A DNA stretch of 62,737 nucleotides, the filler included. It is 9 parts of 9 records of this genome, joined end to end, with 100 filler letters (N's around TTAATTAATTAA, not from the genome) between each part and the next. Parts side by side here need not be neighbours in the genome. Positions count along the whole stretch, not along the records: positions 59,344 to 62,737 come from SRR20825010_435; 8 more parts are not named here. One strand, 5' to 3'. Made by a program: the position numbers and the translations under genes. The notes below the pieces were generated by a model. It searched no databases. It was not told where the DNA came from and was given only the letters and a program-made list of their open reading frames with translations. Position 1 is the stretch's first letter. Each line of letters starts with the position of its first letter. Of this stretch, positions 59,244 to 62,737 are shown piece by piece.

Positions 59244-59343
59244 NNNNNNNNNNNNNNNNNNNNNNNNNNNNNNNNNNNNNNNNNNNNTTAATTAATTAAN
59301 NNNNNNNNNNNNNNNNNNNNNNNNNNNNNNNNNNNNNNNNNNN
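59244..59343. other. Artificial contig spacer
   Basis: N44-TTAATTAATTAA-N44. Confidence 0.99.
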
Positions 59344-59376
59344 GCCCGGCACATCCCGCTGCAGTCGTCCGGTTCA

Positions 59377-60477
59377 ATGGACCTCCCGCGTGCGCTTGAG
59401 CCTTTCGTGGAATTTGCCACGGCGCTGCGCGGCGCGGGCATGGCTGTCGCACCCGAACAGGTTCAGGCTTTCATTGCCGGGGTCGGCCTGCTCGGACCGC
59501 GATCGATCGGCGATATCCGCCGCGCGGCCCACGCAACCTTCGGGCCCGGTCCTGACCGGATCGAGGCATTCAACGCGATATTCGACGCGGTGTTCCTGGG
59601 CCGCGCGCTGTCCGCACCGGCCATGGGCGAACCGGAGGACATACCGCAAGCTTTTGACGCCGGTGATTTAGACCTGATGCCGGAAAGCCCCGAGGAGGAT
59701 CCCTCGGGCGCCGATGCCACCACGGCCGAGCGGCTGTTTGCCCGAATGCTCGCACCCGACGATGATGAGGCAGCCTTGCGCTCCTTTGCACGAGCCGCAC
59801 CCGGTACGCTGCCAAGGCGCAAATCCAGGCGCTCCGCGCCCGGCAACGGGCGTCTGTCCGATCCGCGACGGGCGTTTCGTGACATGTTGCGGCGTGATGG
59901 CGAAATCAGCCAGTTGCCGACGCGCCACCGCCGCACCAGGCAGCGCAGGGTCCTGATCCTTGTTGATGTGTCGGGATCGATGAAGGCGGGCACCGATGGC
60001 GCGCTCAGGCTTTGCCACGCGCTGGTGCAGGCGGGCGAACGGGTGGAAGCCTTCACGCTCGGCACCCGGCTGACGCGGGTGACCCGCGCGCTGAGGCACC
60101 GCAATCGCGAACAGGCGTTGACACTGGCCTCCGGGCTGGTGGCTGACTGGGATGGCGGCACCCGGCTCGGGGAAGCTCTCGCCGTGTTCCTGTCGGTGCC
60201 CCGCTTCGCCTCCTTTGCCCGTGGATCCCTGGTGATCATGGTGTCCGACGGGCTTGAACGGGGCGGACCGGAAGCGCTGACAACCGCCATGACCAGGTTG
60301 CGGGGCCTGGCCTGGTCGGTGCTGTGGCTGTCGCCGCTGGCGTCCGATCCCGCCTATCGGCCGGAGACCGGTGCGATGCGGGCCATCCTCCCGCTGCTTG
60401 ATCGCCTCGGCGACGGCTCAAGCCCCTCGTCGCTTGCGCGCGAAATCCTCGCCTTTTCGAAGGGAGCCCGGGCATGA
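59377..60477 (+). CDS. CoxE-like VWA domain protein (molybdo-hydroxylase accessory)
   Basis: F...LR.AG N-terminus; MIDAS motif LVDVSGSM; F.LGTRLTRVT, WDGGTRLGE, VSDGLERG, WLSPL. Confidence 0.9.
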   Translation: MDLPRALEPFVEFATALRGAGMAVAPEQVQAFIAGVGLLGPRSIGDIRRAAHATFGPGPDRIEAFNAIFDAVFLGRALSAPAMGEPEDIPQAFDAGDLDLMPESPEEDPSGADATTAERLFARMLAPDDDEAALRSFARAAPGTLPRRKSRRSAPGNGRLSDPRRAFRDMLRRDGEISQLPTRHRRTRQRRVLILVDVSGSMKAGTDGALRLCHALVQAGERVEAFTLGTRLTRVTRALRHRNREQALTLASGLVADWDGGTRLGEALAVFLSVPRFASFARGSLVIMVSDGLERGGPEALTTAMTRLRGLAWSVLWLSPLASDPAYRPETGAMRAILPLLDRLGDGSSPSSLAREILAFSKGARA

Positions 60478-61355
60478 AGGTGATCGACGCACATTTCCAC
60501 GTCTGGCGGCAGACGGATCTGCCCTGGCTGTCTGGGCCGATGCAGCCGCGCATCTTCGGCCCCTACGAGCCGATCCGGCGAGACTACCTGATGGCGGAAT
60601 ACCGTGAGGACATCGCGGCAACCGGCGTTGAAAAATCGGTCTATGTCCAGGCCAACTGGCCGGTCGATCAGGCCGAGGCGGAAGTCGCCTGGGTTTCGCA
60701 GGTGGCGGCCGGGACCGGCTGGCCGCACGGGATTGTCGGCTATGCCGACATGGGCGTTGATGACGCGCGCCCGATGCTCGACAGGCTTGCCCGCTATCCG
60801 CTGATGCGCGGTGTCAGGCAACAGTTTCACTGGCACGAAAACCCGCTCTACCGGTTCGCGCGAGAGCCGGACCTGTGTCTCGATAAAACGATACAGCGTA
60901 ACATCCGGCATCTGGCAGCTTACGGCTGGAGCTTCGATTTGCAGGTGTTCGCAGCCCAGATGCCGGGCGCCTGTGCGCTCGCCGACGCCGGTCCGGACAT
61001 CACTTTCGTGCTGCAGCACGCAGGCATGCTTGAGGACACCAGCGAAGAGGGGCGTGCCTCTTGGCGCGCCAATCTGGCTGAACTCGCCGCCCGGCCGAAT
61101 GTGATGGCCAAGCTCTCGGGGTTCGGCACCTTCATTCACCGCAACGACCCCGGACATATCGCCTGGCTGATCGCAACGACGGTCGAGCTGTTCGGGGCGG
61201 AGCGTTGCCTGTGGGGGTCGAATTTCCCGATCGAGAAACTCTGGACCAGCTATCCCGATCTTCTCGGCGCACATGTTTCAGGCGCGGCTGTGCTCAGCGG
61301 CGCACAGCAGCACGACATCTTTTATGGCACGGCGAGCCGCGCCTATCGGATCTAA
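60474..61355 (+). CDS. Amidohydrolase_2 family protein (sugar-lactonase-like)
   Basis: IDAHFHVW, SFDLQ, VLQHAG, LAARPNV.AKLSG, FGAERCLWGSNFP. Confidence 0.9.
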   Translation: MKVIDAHFHVWRQTDLPWLSGPMQPRIFGPYEPIRRDYLMAEYREDIAATGVEKSVYVQANWPVDQAEAEVAWVSQVAAGTGWPHGIVGYADMGVDDARPMLDRLARYPLMRGVRQQFHWHENPLYRFAREPDLCLDKTIQRNIRHLAAYGWSFDLQVFAAQMPGACALADAGPDITFVLQHAGMLEDTSEEGRASWRANLAELAARPNVMAKLSGFGTFIHRNDPGHIAWLIATTVELFGAERCLWGSNFPIEKLWTSYPDLLGAHVSGAAVLSGAQQHDIFYGTASRAYRI

Positions 61356-61370
61356 TGGGAGGAGTTGCAT

Positions 61371-62219
61371 ATGGCATTGGAAATCAAAATTCTGGACTTT
61401 GGCGATATCGAACTGGAATCGAGTTTCCTCGTGCTTGCGCGCGACTGTGGCAGGGTCCGCAGGGTGCCGGTCTATGGTTTCCTGATCCTTGGCGGGCAAT
61501 ATCCGATCGTTGTCGACACCGGCTATCGTGACAATGCGATCATGGAGACGCTCGGCATGCGCGGGCTGCAGTTCCACGAAAACATGATCGAGCGGCAGCT
61601 CGCCAATCATGGCGTCAAGCCCGGCGACGTGCGCTACGTGCTGCATACGCATCTGCATATCGACCACGCCGGCAAGGATGATCACTTCCCGATGAACACC
61701 ACCGTGGTGATCAACCGCCGCGAACTCGAGTGTTCGGTTTCGGGGCTGATGCATCCCCAATATCCAAAGCCCGATATCCAGCATCTCATCGAGCGGCTGC
61801 ACACCCGCCATGCCATGCGGCTTGAAGACCTTGAACTGTCAGGTCCGGTTGAAATCATCCCGGGCGTGGTGATGGAAGCCGCAAACGCGCACACCGAGGG
61901 TTCGATGAACGTCCATGTCGAGACCGCGGAGGGCCGGGCGACGATCTGCGGTGACGTGATCTATGATTTCAACGACCAGATCATCGAGCCGGTCTACCAG
62001 ATCAGCGATCATGAACCGCAGGTCACGGGCAACCACGCCGGCTCGAAACGCTCCGAGAAGGCTGCCATCAAGAAGCTCCTCAATTCGTCGAGGTTCCTGC
62101 TGCCCGTGCACGACAAGCCGGCCCTGATCGAGCATGGCCAGGTGATCGGGCGGCTGGACATGCAGATTCCGGGTCCGGTCAGCCAGACCGTTCCGAAACG
62201 CAATTGGTTTGCCGTATAG
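61371..62219 (+). CDS. Metallo-beta-lactamase fold hydrolase, N-acyl-homoserine lactonase / 4-pyridoxolactonase family
   Basis: PVYGFLI, VDTG, THLHIDH (HxHxDH), AHTEGS, CGD, PVHD; GGAGGAG RBS. Confidence 0.9.
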   Translation: MALEIKILDFGDIELESSFLVLARDCGRVRRVPVYGFLILGGQYPIVVDTGYRDNAIMETLGMRGLQFHENMIERQLANHGVKPGDVRYVLHTHLHIDHAGKDDHFPMNTTVVINRRELECSVSGLMHPQYPKPDIQHLIERLHTRHAMRLEDLELSGPVEIIPGVVMEAANAHTEGSMNVHVETAEGRATICGDVIYDFNDQIIEPVYQISDHEPQVTGNHAGSKRSEKAAIKKLLNSSRFLLPVHDKPALIEHGQVIGRLDMQIPGPVSQTVPKRNWFAV

Positions 62220-62231
62220 TGGGAGGTTAGC

Positions 62232-62737
62232 ATGGCTCATCAGGCTGTGGATCCGGACTTCCGGCGATTGATCGACGAGCACGCGCCGGTGCGCCAGGCT
62301 GGCAGTGGTTTCACCTTCACCGAAGGCCCGATCTGGCATCCGGCGGACCAGTATCTCCTGTTCTCCGACATGCCGGGAGACGTGCGCCGCCGGCTTGACC
62401 GGGGTGGCGTGCGCGAGGTGATGCGTCCATCCAACATGGGCAACGGCATGACCTATGACAGGGATCTCAACCTGCTGGTCTGCGAGCATGCCACGTCCTC
62501 AGTCGCCCGGTTCCGGCCCGATGGCCGGCGGGAAGTGCTGGCCAGCCACTACGAGGGGCGCGAACTCAATTCGCCCAACGACATCTGCGTCAAATCCGAT
62601 GGGTCGATCTGGTTCACCGATCCCTGGTACGGGCGCATGCCGGTCTATGGCATCGAACGGCCGCGGGAACTCGGCTGGCAGGGCGTGTTCCGGTTGCCGC
62701 CGGGCCATCGTCCCGGCGATGAGCCGCAGCTGGTTGT
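62232..62737 (+). CDS. SMP-30/gluconolactonase family beta-propeller, 3' truncated (absent from the ORF track)
   Basis: GGGAGG RBS; manual translation GFTFTEGPIW, LLFSDMPG, SNMGNGMTYD, LLVCEH, LNSPND, DGSIWFTDP.YG. Confidence 0.92.
   Translation, partial: MAHQAVDPDFRRLIDEHAPVRQAGSGFTFTEGPIWHPADQYLLFSDMPGDVRRRLDRGGVREVMRPSNMGNGMTYDRDLNLLVCEHATSSVARFRPDGRREVLASHYEGRELNSPNDICVKSDGSIWFTDPWYGRMPVYGIERPRELGWQGVFRLPPGHRPGDEPQLV

Overview
This window is not one genome region. It is nine unrelated contig fragments joined by eight identical artificial 100-nt spacers (N44-TTAATTAATTAA-N44), so genes can only be linked within a fragment. Taxon labels are impressions from composition and gene context, not database results. 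(1) 1-6154, alphaproteobacterial: nadA'-nadB-nadC, an SDR, a SleB-type cell-wall hydrolase and 'ppdK. (2) 6255-11933, AT-rich and Bacteroidota-like: M1 peptidase, a frameshifted DUF1295 gene, DUF2177, a secreted alpha/beta-hydrolase and a zinc-metalloprotease-like lipoprotein. (3) 12034-24094, alphaproteobacterial: a giant (>1700 aa) DUF4347/repeat adhesin transcribed divergently from a phage-free operon (tail-collar protein, DUF6916, tail-collar protein, DUF6916, GNAT), with two perfect CtrA-type boxes between them, followed by YjiH, GT61 and a crotonase. (4) 24195-28297: class III aminotransferase, CoA-transferase A/B, M20 deacylase and AraC. (5) 28398-34758: tRNA-Lys(CTT), an AT-rich promoter region, a LapEBC-like type I secretion system and an RHH-PAS regulator. 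(6) 34859-41006: rsmB, GT4, CapD-like dehydratase and hglS. (7) 41107-44972, Rhodobacteraceae-like: 'purA, DUF2842, a large acidic protein, thiamine pyrophosphokinase and a DMT fragment. (8) 45073-59243: GMC oxidoreductase, serine hydrolase, ABM/NIPSNAP/ArsR, kynU, Mct-like CoA-transferase, YaiI, a cobalamin riboswitch in front of an unknown 88-aa gene, an FAD oxidase, a Ugp-like ABC transporter, DeoR and a probable TRAP fragment. (9) 59344-62737: CoxE-type VWA protein and three lactonase-like enzymes of different folds. The best candidate for an undescribed system is the tail-collar/DUF6916/GNAT operon paired with the giant adhesin. The B12-riboswitch orphan gene and the triple-lactonase operon come next.
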